Part shown: positions 8,854 through 18,227 of the stretch, one piece after another
Layout of the letters: every line of letters starts with the position of its first letter
Numbering within the stretch: position 1 is the first letter of the stretch
Source of the DNA: an uncultured Bdellovibrionales bacterium
Lineage (GTDB): Bacteria > Bdellovibrionota_C > UBA2361 > SZUA-149 > DAOLCO01
Reading direction: 5' to 3'
Assembly (NCBI GenBank): GCA_964353175.1
Contig: CAYGUX010000010.1
Location: 7,995-71,994, forward strand
Length of the DNA: 64,000 nucleotides
Notes under the pieces: generated by a model
What the model was told of the DNA's origin: nothing
Database searches by the model: none
What the model saw: only the letters and a program-made list of their open reading frames with translations
Position numbers and translations under genes: made by a program

Positions 8854-11184
8854 CTATTTCTTTTTATTTCTACTTTTGTCAATTCTATTAAAAGTTGGCT
8901 TAGTCACTTTTTCACTTACTTTATTTTTCACTGAATTAGGTGCGACTATAACTGTACCTCTAATATTTTTATTTCCTAGTCTCAATCCGCCTTCCTTAGC
9001 TTCTGATGGTGGAGTCTCTTGAGCAATATTCGACTTCTCTTTTTTTTGTTCATTTTCAGAACTTGCTATGTTATGCTCTTTTGTTTGCGAATTGTTATCT
9101 ATAATCTTGTCATCATCAGTTAGTTTTTCTTTTTGGACTTTGGGAGGTACTGCTAGAGTCATTCTTGATCTATTAAAGCCTTTAAAAGATTTTAGTAAGT
9201 TAAGCCTAAAACCACCTTCTTCTGGCTCGCTATTATCAGAGTCATTTTTTGACGTGGAATCATTTGTAGTTGTTGAATTGGAAGAACTCCCCTGGCCATT
9301 ACCATTTCCGCTAACGACGCCATCGGAATAGTCTGATTTCGCTCCTCTTTTCGCTTCTCCTTGCTCTATTGATAGAATGTGTTCATCTACCCACTCCGCC
9401 AATCCAATTTCATCGGCTTCCACAGCCTCGTACTTAGTTAGATACTCTCTTCCTTCCCAAGTTGAAGGTACGTCCGCATCAAACCATATTGCGCGACCTT
9501 TTCTTAACCTTCCATCGCCTTTATCGAACCACGCTAGACCTTTTTCTGCAGACATTTCGTGTTTCAATTCCTCCGCACTTACTAAATCAGTTTCATCTTC
9601 TGCAAATGTAACGCCATCTCTAAATCCATCTGCTGATCGTTTATTCAATTCTAAATGTTTAGTCAATTCTCTAGAGTTCAAACTGGATGACATTCCTGTA
9701 GCAAGTGTTTTTTTGGTGACATTAATCTTACCAATCCATTCGCACATATCTTCTGCAGTTTTATTATCTCCTATTCGCATAATAACTTTTAGATTTACGT
9801 TTGCAATTACTCGTTCATAGAATTGTTCACTTAAGCCCATGGATTGATCCATAAGACCACCTACTGACTGAGCTCCAAATAGTAAGGCAAATCTTCCTTT
9901 CCTTGCTAACTCAAATAGGTTCGCCCATGTTGGACCAAAAGTAGAGGCCCCCTCATCAATTATTACAAGATGAGGATCTTCTAAGTGATGCGATCTACTA
10001 GATGTGACTTCACCGATCGAAACTTCTAGATCTTCTCTAAATACTTTTACCATTCTAGCGGCACTTTCAGCTTCTTCTAGTCGTGGAAGCATGTAATAAA
10101 CTATTTTCCCTCTGAGAATGGCGTCAGTAAGTGATAGATCTGCTCTAGGGACACAGAACATTTCACCTGCGTCTGAATTGGCAATAGAGTGTAGCTCTGA
10201 AGCGATTCCTCTAAGGTTGTCGGTTAATCTTTGAGAGTCCAATGCTCCTTTTAGATTTCTATATGAGCTTGCTAAATGACCAAGTTCGATCATCGCTTGT
10301 TTAGATCCTTGTTCATGAAGAAGTTCTCTCATTCTTGGGTAGGCGTAGTTAAAGGCCGATAAGGCTACCGCGATGTCTCTAACTGACCATGCTAGCCCAA
10401 GACTTTCCATGGCTCTAACTACTCGATATACAGCGTCTGCAGCTAGTCTATCGTAATGCTTAGTTGTACTTTGATCAGAAGTCGGTGGTAGTCCACAACG
10501 TAGGACCTTTCTAGCTTTTACATCTGCCCTTTGAGTTGTGAATACAAAGTTATAGGCGCATACTGGGTCAAATGGATCTACAACTACGATATCCTCTATT
10601 CGGCCAGTAATGAGGGCCATCATAATTAAGTCAGCTAATGTACCTGGATCCCGCTTCGCATCAATAAAAGTAAATCCACTAGCACGTCCACGAGCTAGTT
10701 GTTGGAACATTAGGCCTTCAAGCCACAATGTTTTACCAACTCCTGTTTTTGCAAATACACAGCCGTGACTACAAATTTCGTCATCAGAAACCCAAATAGG
10801 CTTACCATTATCTAGTTCAAATCCTACTAGATATTTATCAATCATAGGTTTGCCCTTATCTCTGGTCTCTTTTAGGGCTTCATCAAAAGCTTTTCTATCA
10901 GGTGGCATACCTAATACGTCTCTACCACCTCTTCTTGTTGATTCTTCATGGCGTTCCCTCTCTAGCCATTCATGAAATCCTCTAATATAGGCTAATGAGA
11001 TAAATCCTAAAAATGGGAGAATTCCACCTATGATTAGAAATGAGAGTGGAGTAAGTCTATTTGCGAAGCCAGTTAGCGTAAAAAGACTTAAGGCTATTAT
11101 AAATGCCTTAACTAAGACACTAGCATTGTGTCTCCTTATCTCAAGCTGCAACCTGAAGTTCTCAATTATATAATCACGTGCCAT
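8854..11184 (-). CDS. Type IV coupling protein (TraD/VirD4/DotL family ATPase) with a long low-complexity C-terminal tail
   Basis: Two N-terminal TM segments, Walker A AKTGVGKT, then FIDAKRD (the xDxKGD-like motif of T4CPs), and Walker B HLVIIDEGAS. The last ~160 aa are S/N/K/E-rich. Confidence 0.85.
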   Translation of the reverse strand: MARDYIIENFRLQLEIRRHNASVLVKAFIIALSLFTLTGFANRLTPLSFLIIGGILPFLGFISLAYIRGFHEWLERERHEESTRRGGRDVLGMPPDRKAFDEALKETRDKGKPMIDKYLVGFELDNGKPIWVSDDEICSHGCVFAKTGVGKTLWLEGLMFQQLARGRASGFTFIDAKRDPGTLADLIMMALITGRIEDIVVVDPFDPVCAYNFVFTTQRADVKARKVLRCGLPPTSDQSTTKHYDRLAADAVYRVVRAMESLGLAWSVRDIAVALSAFNYAYPRMRELLHEQGSKQAMIELGHLASSYRNLKGALDSQRLTDNLRGIASELHSIANSDAGEMFCVPRADLSLTDAILRGKIVYYMLPRLEEAESAARMVKVFREDLEVSIGEVTSSRSHHLEDPHLVIIDEGASTFGPTWANLFELARKGRFALLFGAQSVGGLMDQSMGLSEQFYERVIANVNLKVIMRIGDNKTAEDMCEWIGKINVTKKTLATGMSSSLNSRELTKHLELNKRSADGFRDGVTFAEDETDLVSAEELKHEMSAEKGLAWFDKGDGRLRKGRAIWFDADVPSTWEGREYLTKYEAVEADEIGLAEWVDEHILSIEQGEAKRGAKSDYSDGVVSGNGNGQGSSSNSTTTNDSTSKNDSDNSEPEEGGFRLNLLKSFKGFNRSRMTLAVPPKVQKEKLTDDDKIIDNNSQTKEHNIASSENEQKKEKSNIAQETPPSEAKEGGLRLGNKNIRGTVIVAPNSVKNKVSEKVTKPTFNRIDKSRNKKK

Positions 11185-11193
11185 ATTTAACTG

Positions 11194-13344
11194 CTATCCC
11201 GTCGCTAGATTTTTTTTATCTACTTCTATTTCCTGAGGGGCTGGTTCCGCAGATGAAGTATCTAGTATGTTTTCATATTCAATTGTATCTACATGTATTT
11301 CAATATCGTCTTGTGAAGGTGAATTGCTGTAATAGGTTTTCTCCCATGTCTTTCCTAGTATCTCTACAAATCTTCTTTGTCTTAGAGGGACTAAGGCATC
11401 CATAAATAAAAACTTATCTTCTTTATTTATCTGTGATTGTTTTAGAATCGCATGAACGATACCGACGATAGGGACCGAATCATCGCCGATTCTTGTAGAG
11501 AGCCAATTGTTCTTAGTAAGCATCCTCCGAACAATTCTCCATTGCTCATTCAATTCCTTACCGTTAGGGAGCGAAAGTATCTTTTTAATTATTAAATTAT
11601 CTTCCTCTCCACTAGAAAATGCTTCCATAGCTTGTCTTTTAAAGCCAGGTAGTCTTGCGGCGGTACTAATCCTAGTTTGAAACTTTCTGGTGTGATCAAG
11701 AAGAGTTGAGATCCTAGACAAGCGATTCTTATGAAGTCCAGTTAATGCAGTCTCTATAAGTTTATCAAGAGGCAATAGAGTCACAGACTTATAGGCCAAG
11801 CCGATTTTTAATTTATGTTGATTGCCGTTACTTTTATTTGCTAGTTTTATTTCTTCTGTGAAGTTATTTCTGAAACGTACATGAATTTCTTCAATATGGG
11901 CATCCAGTTCTACAAGTTCCGCAGTTTCACTCTGTTTTACAGGTTCTGTATAAAGAATTTCTAAAAAGTCTCTGAGTGCTCTACTTTCAATTGGCATTCT
12001 AATAGGAAGAAATGCTCGAGAAAAATCTCCGTGCCTTCGACTGGAAATTATGGCTTGTCTAATTATAAGCTTTTGATCTCCATCGTATTCTTTATGGTAG
12101 TGAGTTAGGGAATGAATTACTGCTCTCGCTTGAAGATGTGGATACATCGAGATTTTGGAAAATACTTTTGCATGTCGTTTATATACTAAGCACTTACCTG
12201 CTTCTATAGCTAGATAGGCACTTGCAATCATCTGTGGTGATAACTCAGCAAGTGCAAATAGTTTTAACGGAGTTAGAGTTGTTACGAGAATTTTAGTTAC
12301 TGAGCCTGAGGAGCTAACTAGTTTATTAATAGCCTCTACATGTGCAGGATAGTTTTTATCTAGATCAAGTGGACTTAGATTGTTCTTTTTTAATGATTTT
12401 ACATAGTTTACAACTATATTATGTGCCTTTAATACTTGAGGTAAGGCGAGGCTTGTTCCATCTAGTAATGTTCCTTTTTCGGCTGTGTATAGTCCAGAAT
12501 GTGAAGCTCGCATAGTCGAGTCAAGGGAACTATCTAATTCGTCAGCTTGAATTGAATTTTCTTCTTCCACGAAATGGGGATAGTCTTTATGTGCTAGAAC
12601 AACTCTAACTAGATCAAGATTCGTTTGGCTATATGCAGAATATTCCTTTAGTATTATTGATAATTTACTTGATTCCGCATTTGTGATTTGTTCCATGGGT
12701 GGACATGCAAGACCGGGGCAAGATAGTTCTGTACCACTTATACTGTTATTGGGGTTGAATGGCCCATATATCCCTGAATAAAAAGGACCTTTGCCTCGGT
12801 CGCATACTCCAAGTATGGAGTCACTTGCCACCTTCTTGTTCCTATATTTAAATCCCCAATGACCAATGATGCCACCTAAAATCCAGTAAGGGAGGGCGAT
12901 CAATAGTAGGAAGCTAATTCTAAGTATCGCAGATACGATAACTCTACTTAGCCATGTGAAAATATCTGCAAAGGTAAAAGGGACATCGACGATGTCACTT
13001 GTTTTTGAAGGCTCTGATAAAAGGTTGAAGGTATTATCTAATTCTGATGCTAGTGCTATGTAAAGCTTACTCGCCCCTGGAACCATTACAAAAAGAGAAT
13101 CATCTAAAAATTTTGCTCTACTGAGAACTGTCTCACGAATGTTCTCAACCCATGGGTCTAATGCATGAACTTCTTCCGATCCATCTTCTGATGTATAGGT
13201 GACTGTGGGAAGAATAAAATATCGAGAGAGGAGAAGCCCTACGATGCATAGAATTACCAAACGTTTAACAGGCCAACGACCAGCCAGACTTTCATCAGTC
13301 TGTCTTCTCAAGTCAGATAGTCTTTGACCTAATTCGTAACCCAC
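11194..13344 (-). CDS. Large membrane-anchored protein of unknown function (716 aa), immediately upstream of the T4CP
   Basis: Track ORF with about three N-terminal TM segments (LVILCIVGLLLSRYFILPTV; VIVSAILRISFLLLIALPYWILGGIIGHWGF) and a ~540-aa soluble domain. Only 9 nt separate it from the T4CP start. Confidence 0.65.
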   Translation of the reverse strand: MGYELGQRLSDLRRQTDESLAGRWPVKRLVILCIVGLLLSRYFILPTVTYTSEDGSEEVHALDPWVENIRETVLSRAKFLDDSLFVMVPGASKLYIALASELDNTFNLLSEPSKTSDIVDVPFTFADIFTWLSRVIVSAILRISFLLLIALPYWILGGIIGHWGFKYRNKKVASDSILGVCDRGKGPFYSGIYGPFNPNNSISGTELSCPGLACPPMEQITNAESSKLSIILKEYSAYSQTNLDLVRVVLAHKDYPHFVEEENSIQADELDSSLDSTMRASHSGLYTAEKGTLLDGTSLALPQVLKAHNIVVNYVKSLKKNNLSPLDLDKNYPAHVEAINKLVSSSGSVTKILVTTLTPLKLFALAELSPQMIASAYLAIEAGKCLVYKRHAKVFSKISMYPHLQARAVIHSLTHYHKEYDGDQKLIIRQAIISSRRHGDFSRAFLPIRMPIESRALRDFLEILYTEPVKQSETAELVELDAHIEEIHVRFRNNFTEEIKLANKSNGNQHKLKIGLAYKSVTLLPLDKLIETALTGLHKNRLSRISTLLDHTRKFQTRISTAARLPGFKRQAMEAFSSGEEDNLIIKKILSLPNGKELNEQWRIVRRMLTKNNWLSTRIGDDSVPIVGIVHAILKQSQINKEDKFLFMDALVPLRQRRFVEILGKTWEKTYYSNSPSQDDIEIHVDTIEYENILDTSSAEPAPQEIEVDKKNLATG

Positions 13345-13870
13345 TTTACAAACCTTTTTCTGATTCTTTATTACACATCAATGTACTAAAGAGTGTTTCT
13401 ACTTAAAACTAGTAGTATAATGATTCTACTCATTTATGCAAGTACCTATGAGAAAGAACAGATATCTACTATTCACCTATAAACCTTTAACCTTAAGCAT
13501 AGCCAACGCGGGCCGATCTTTAGAGTCTTTTCTATTATGAATCATCAGAGGTATTTGGTCTCTTAGTGTTCCCATATTATGTTAGTAGGTTCTTTCATTC
13601 AAATTAATGAAGTTGAGATTGCTCCTTTGTGATTTTTGTCGAAATTTGCCTCTATCGCTACTTCTTTAATGTTTCTAGTGGCTTAGTGCCCTGATCTGAA
13701 ATAAGTCTTTAATATTTAACTGTTTACATCAATTGAGAAGCACACTTCTGTCAGTTCTTGAAATAACAATGAAGGACAAGATGTAAGAGGATTATAGAGT
13801 TGTCTAGTAGATCCATAAATATAGGTGGATTAAGTGGATGTTTTTATTAAATTGATGTGAGTGAGCTGGT

Positions 13871-14944
13871 ATGAAAAATAAAATAATGTTTTTAAGTGTA
13901 TGTTGCCTTTCTTTGTTAATAGGGGCTGGGGATGCAAGAGCAGAAGCACAATATGCTGGTAAACAAAGATCAACAGTAGCTAAGGCTCATATGAGTAGGG
14001 CTAGAACATTGCTTGTTGAAGCCTTAGAAGAATTTGAAGAGGCAAGGAAATATGCAAGGCCAGATTTACTTCTTGATTCTGAGGATTTTAGACTTCGAGT
14101 TATCTCCCTTACTGAACAGCTAAATAGAGTGATTGATCCTAGACCTAGGATTACAAGAGAGGGCGCTGTTTTTAGAGTTCCTCCTCGCCTTGTAAAAAGA
14201 GAAAAAGACAATCTACCGATAGTTTCTGACGGAGCTAAGAGCCGTAGTGATTTTGGCGAAAGAGATAGAATGGAGTCAAAACAACGTGAAAGAGCTAGGC
14301 TTTTTAACTCAGGATCTAATAAAGAGCCTATGAGAGTGGCTAAAAATAATACCTCTAAAACAAACATTCCACAGGAATTAGAAATCCCTAGCGAGCCTGA
14401 GTTGAACATTGATCATTCAGATCCAACTAAAAATAGAGGGCCATTAAATGAAAAAGCACTATTTACAGAAGAGCTTATGCCTCAAATCCAAGCTAATAAA
14501 GACAGAGAGGCAGCAAGGCAGCATGATTTGGAAAACAGAAAAGTTGAAATAGAAGAAGAACTTGTCGATCCAAAGTTAGATGGGAAAACCTCAGAAGATG
14601 TTGATATTATTGAGGAAGAGACTACTCCCTCTAAACAAGTAGCTCCGGTTGATTCAAATGTTGTCGAAGAAATTGATGATGAGGAATCTTTATTAAAAGA
14701 TGAACCAATAGAAAACCCAAGTGTAAAAGCACTTAGAGAGAATCTTCAGGCAGACTACGAGGATGAAGCAGGTAAAAAGGTTGTGAATGAAATACCTAAA
14801 CCTGAGGCTAACTTGGGAATCGATGGCCAAATTAGTGAGGACGATTTAGCGCCTGAGGAAGCAAGAAAACAGTTAAGTGAAGATGAAGAGTTAGCAAAAC
14901 GCTTAGAAGATACAGTTTATGACAGGATTAATTCAGGGAAATAG
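13871..14944 (+). CDS. Secreted, highly charged (E/D/K-rich) low-complexity protein; first gene of the plus-strand T4SS-like operon
   Basis: Signal peptide MKNKIMFLSVCCLSLLIGAGDARA. The C-terminal two thirds are acidic and low-complexity (EEELVDPKLDGKTSEDVDIIEEETTP...). Confidence 0.6.
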   Translation: MKNKIMFLSVCCLSLLIGAGDARAEAQYAGKQRSTVAKAHMSRARTLLVEALEEFEEARKYARPDLLLDSEDFRLRVISLTEQLNRVIDPRPRITREGAVFRVPPRLVKREKDNLPIVSDGAKSRSDFGERDRMESKQRERARLFNSGSNKEPMRVAKNNTSKTNIPQELEIPSEPELNIDHSDPTKNRGPLNEKALFTEELMPQIQANKDREAARQHDLENRKVEIEEELVDPKLDGKTSEDVDIIEEETTPSKQVAPVDSNVVEEIDDEESLLKDEPIENPSVKALRENLQADYEDEAGKKVVNEIPKPEANLGIDGQISEDDLAPEEARKQLSEDEELAKRLEDTVYDRINSGK

Positions 14945-14973
14945 ATTGTTTTATATAAGCATTAGGGGGACTT

Positions 14974-15393
14974 ATGAGAAGTGATGACGGAGAGGTGTTA
15001 CAGGGCTTGGATGAAAGTTGGTCGTTTATGGGGGCTAACGCAATGGAGTGGGGAAGTGCCCTGGCGGTATTCATGTTGATTAGTTTATTCGCCGATAGTG
15101 TAGCACGAGCAATGCCCTTCATGCTTGTTGGTGGAGTTATGACCGCAGTAACTTTAGCATCAATGAGAAAGAGCTTTCCTGATGAGGAAAGAGGGGTAAG
15201 AAATGCTGTGGCAACATATTTTGGTTTTCCTCCTCCGGGGATCCCTGCTCCATCAAAACTGCAACCAGTTTGGAGCGGAGCGCCTTTAAGAGAAATTCCT
15301 AAGAATTCGAGGTTTGTAAAAATTGGGTTATCTCAAATGTTTGATACTTTTGAGAGACAATATACGGATGCAGTGGAGCAAAAGAAGGATTAG
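14974..15393 (+). CDS. TraL/VirB3-like small inner-membrane protein
   Basis: LQGLDESWSFMG, followed by two TM segments and then a basic patch (MRKSFPDEERG), as in TraL/VirB3. It holds the first position of a TraL-E-K-B-V-C order. Preceded by a GGGGGA RBS. Confidence 0.5.
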   Translation: MRSDDGEVLQGLDESWSFMGANAMEWGSALAVFMLISLFADSVARAMPFMLVGGVMTAVTLASMRKSFPDEERGVRNAVATYFGFPPPGIPAPSKLQPVWSGAPLREIPKNSRFVKIGLSQMFDTFERQYTDAVEQKKD

Positions 15394-15427
15394 AGCCGAC
15401 TAGGGGGTAGGTTTTAAGAGGGGAAAC

Positions 15428-16153
15428 ATGAAATTAAATACAGTTAAGTCAGATATCAAACAATTAGAGAAGGTTGCAGGTCGCGCGGGTAGCGATACTA
15501 TTAGATTGTGGGAAGGATATAAGGAGCAAGCTTTCTTTTGGAGAGCCTTAGCCTTGATTCAAGTTCCTGCGACTACATTAGCGATAGCAGCAGCTTTAAT
15601 AATGTACTTTTTAGCAGATACTATTATTGAAGTACCTGAGCATCCGCAGCCAGGATTCTATTCTGTTAAGCAGCTTCCAGATAGTCAATTTATTAACGTT
15701 GGAACTGAAGTGATAAATTTAATATCAACTTATCAGCCTGCAATTGCTAGAAGGCAATTCAAGACAGCCCGTAAGTATCTATGGGAACCAGCCTTAAGTG
15801 AGTTTGAAAAGACTATGTTAGGTTCGGAGCTAAGCATGATTGAAGAAACTAGTAGATCTCAAATGTTTTATATTAACCCACAGTTAATAAATGTGGAGAG
15901 ATATCCAGATAGAGATACGGTAGTAGTGCGAGTTCCTGGTGTAAGACAAAAGCTAATAGGAGATAAGTTACTTAGCCCCGATGAGATGGTTTATTATGTA
16001 AAGATGACCACTATACCTAGGAACGTACACAATGAGTACGGGATTGTGATTACTGATATCCATTTAAGACGCGCTGATGAAAGAGTGCTTAAGAAAGAAG
16101 ATAAGAATATAGATATGGCTAAGCAAAAGCAGTCTAAAGCGGGAGGCAAGTAG
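15428..16153 (+). CDS. TraE/VirB8-like bitopic protein (resembles the ICE PFL_4704-type family)
   Basis: Single N-terminal TM (ALALIQVPATTLAIAAALIMYFL) and a periplasmic domain. Features recalled from ICE TraE-like proteins include HPQPGFY after the TM and NEYGIVITDIHL near the C-terminus. Gene order supports the call. Confidence 0.55.
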   Translation: MKLNTVKSDIKQLEKVAGRAGSDTIRLWEGYKEQAFFWRALALIQVPATTLAIAAALIMYFLADTIIEVPEHPQPGFYSVKQLPDSQFINVGTEVINLISTYQPAIARRQFKTARKYLWEPALSEFEKTMLGSELSMIEETSRSQMFYINPQLINVERYPDRDTVVVRVPGVRQKLIGDKLLSPDEMVYYVKMTTIPRNVHNEYGIVITDIHLRRADERVLKKEDKNIDMAKQKQSKAGGK

Positions 16154-16160
16154 TAGAGGT

Positions 16161-16982
16161 ATGAAAGATAATTTGAAAGTAAAATTTATGAATACTAAAC
16201 CGTATCAACTGATTTTAACGCTAGCAGCAGTATGTTTGTTCTACACAGGAAATGCTTTTGCAAGAGACATTAACTACACTGGCAATGAGCTTGCAGTCTA
16301 TGTGACTCCAGGTGAGCCTACTCAAGTTACCTTTCCTTCAAAGATATCTGGAGGTTTTAAAAGGAAACATACGAGTTTAGCCTTGGAGAGACAAGGAAAC
16401 TTTTTAGTAATATTCGCTCAACCTGAAATACCATATGAAGGTGAAGCGCTTCTAGTTCATTTAGATGATAAGAGATCTTATGCACTAAGAATTCTTCCTG
16501 CAGATGATGAGAATCCTAGAGATGAGTTTGTAAATATAAATGACTTAAGAGAAGGAAATGGGGATGAGAGTTCTGGTTCGCCTGATAATCGTTTTCCAAA
16601 CATAGGTTATGCACCTCCATCAGTAGTGCCAGGATTGATGCGTGAAATGGTGCTGGTGACTGAGTTTGGAAAGAAGAAGGGAGTTCGGGGATATAAACGT
16701 TCTAATACCTACACAGGGGAAACTATTTTGCACGATGGTACTATCTCAGCAAAGATTAAAGAAATGTTTTTAGGCTCAAATTTGTGGGGGTATATTATAG
16801 AAGTAGAAAACCTACTTGATACTACTTACAAGATTAATCCTGCCGCTTTTAGGCTCGATGGTACAAGAGCTATAATGGCCGAAAGATGGGAGCTAGCTGC
16901 TAAACCTTTGACTGCGGAGCAGGAATTGGCAAATGCACATAAGGCTAAAGTGTATGTAGTAACCAAGGCGTATAAGAGATAG
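16161..16982 (+). CDS. TraK/VirB9-like periplasmic/outer-membrane core protein
   Basis: Signal peptide ending NAFA. The segment VYVTPGEPTQVTFPSKISGGF...GNFLVIFAQP...EALLVHLDDKRSYALRILPAD follows the TraK/VirB9 N-domain beta pattern. Confidence 0.6.
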   Translation: MKDNLKVKFMNTKPYQLILTLAAVCLFYTGNAFARDINYTGNELAVYVTPGEPTQVTFPSKISGGFKRKHTSLALERQGNFLVIFAQPEIPYEGEALLVHLDDKRSYALRILPADDENPRDEFVNINDLREGNGDESSGSPDNRFPNIGYAPPSVVPGLMREMVLVTEFGKKKGVRGYKRSNTYTGETILHDGTISAKIKEMFLGSNLWGYIIEVENLLDTTYKINPAAFRLDGTRAIMAERWELAAKPLTAEQELANAHKAKVYVVTKAYKR

Positions 16983-17031
16983 TTGGTGGAAAATGGTAGC
17001 TGAGGTAAGGGAATTGGGAGTTTTATAGAAT

Positions 17032-18207
17032 ATGAAACAACAAATAGAAGATTTTAAATTACTAATTAAGAATGACAAGCGGATAATGGCGGCAGTTGCT
17101 TTCATTGTTGTATGTATCTTGTTTTTACTTTTGAGTAGTGATCAACGTCAAAGAAGTCCTGTGAGACCCAAAGGTGGTATCGGTGGACCAGTGAGTAAGC
17201 AAGGTTTGAGCCCTGAAGATCAGTTTACAGATTTAATCATTGCATTTAAGAATGATATTGAAACAGGTAAAAAGAATAGCGAAGATATGAAGGCTCAGTT
17301 AAATCGAACTGAAAAAGATGCTGAGACATTCAGACAAAAGACCGCTGGAATTTTTGAAACTCTTACAGATAAATTCGAGCAGGTACAGAGAGATCTAGAT
17401 CAATTAGCTCAGTCCATTAATAGAGGTGGAAATGACGTTGGGATTACACCTGATAGACCTGCGGAAGGTCCAGATGAGTTAGTACCTGAATGGTTTGATG
17501 AAAAAGAACCTGCTGGAAGACCTGAGCCTCCTAGGCCTTTAAGGGTTAGTGTTATTGCCCCAGGTGACTCTGTGCCAGTTCAATTATTAACGGGAGTGAA
17601 TGCTCCAACTGATGGAACACCATATCCAGTTGTTTTTAAGCTTGTAGGTGAAATTTCTGGTCCTGATGGTTCAGCTTTAGACTTAGGTGAAGGTAGGATT
17701 ATCGCAGCCGCTCAAGGATCAGAGTCTGATTCACGAGCTTTATATAGGCTAACGCAACTATCTCTTAAGCACCCTTCGGGCAGAAGGTCAGTGATTGAGG
17801 TGGATGGGTGGATTGTTGGTGAAGATGGGGTGAGAGGTATGCAGGGTAAACTTGAGGATAAGTTAGGACGATTAATAATGGCAACTGCGGTGATAAGTGG
17901 ATTGGCAGCTACGGGGCAAAGTCTTCAAAGAAATACTAACTTAAGGGGTGGGTTCTTTGGGAATAACGGTCAAAATAATCCTGGATTTACCTTGCAGAGT
18001 CAAGATGTGGAGTTTGCGGCGGCTTCAGCTTTAACAGATGCTTCGAATCGTTTAGGGCAGGTGCTTTTAAGGCGATATGAGTCACTTATACCGGTGGTTG
18101 AAGTACTGTCTGGAAGAGAGGCAGTGGCAATATTCTCTAGCCCCGCAGAGGTGGCTATATTGGACGAAGATAATATTACTAATGCAGCATACTCGGGTAC
18201 TGATTAA
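17032..18207 (+). CDS. TraB/VirB10-like protein
   Basis: N-terminal TM, a coiled/proline-rich linker, and a C-domain IAPGDSVPVQLLTGVNAPTDGTPYPVVFKLVGEISGPDGSALDLGEGRIIAAAQGSESDSRALYRL...GWIVGEDGVRGMQGKL that closely follows the F-type TraB (TrbI/VirB10) signature. Confidence 0.75.
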   Translation: MKQQIEDFKLLIKNDKRIMAAVAFIVVCILFLLLSSDQRQRSPVRPKGGIGGPVSKQGLSPEDQFTDLIIAFKNDIETGKKNSEDMKAQLNRTEKDAETFRQKTAGIFETLTDKFEQVQRDLDQLAQSINRGGNDVGITPDRPAEGPDELVPEWFDEKEPAGRPEPPRPLRVSVIAPGDSVPVQLLTGVNAPTDGTPYPVVFKLVGEISGPDGSALDLGEGRIIAAAQGSESDSRALYRLTQLSLKHPSGRRSVIEVDGWIVGEDGVRGMQGKLEDKLGRLIMATAVISGLAATGQSLQRNTNLRGGFFGNNGQNNPGFTLQSQDVEFAAASALTDASNRLGQVLLRRYESLIPVVEVLSGREAVAIFSSPAEVAILDEDNITNAAYSGTD

Positions 18208-18227
18208 TGGTTTTAATGGAGGGGCGT

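Noticed and set aside
9068-9820. Plus-strand ORFs 9068-9331 and 9377-9820.
   Set aside because: They are antisense to the T4CP gene, whose Walker motifs validate the minus frame. Their Ser/Leu-rich composition is typical of antisense shadows.
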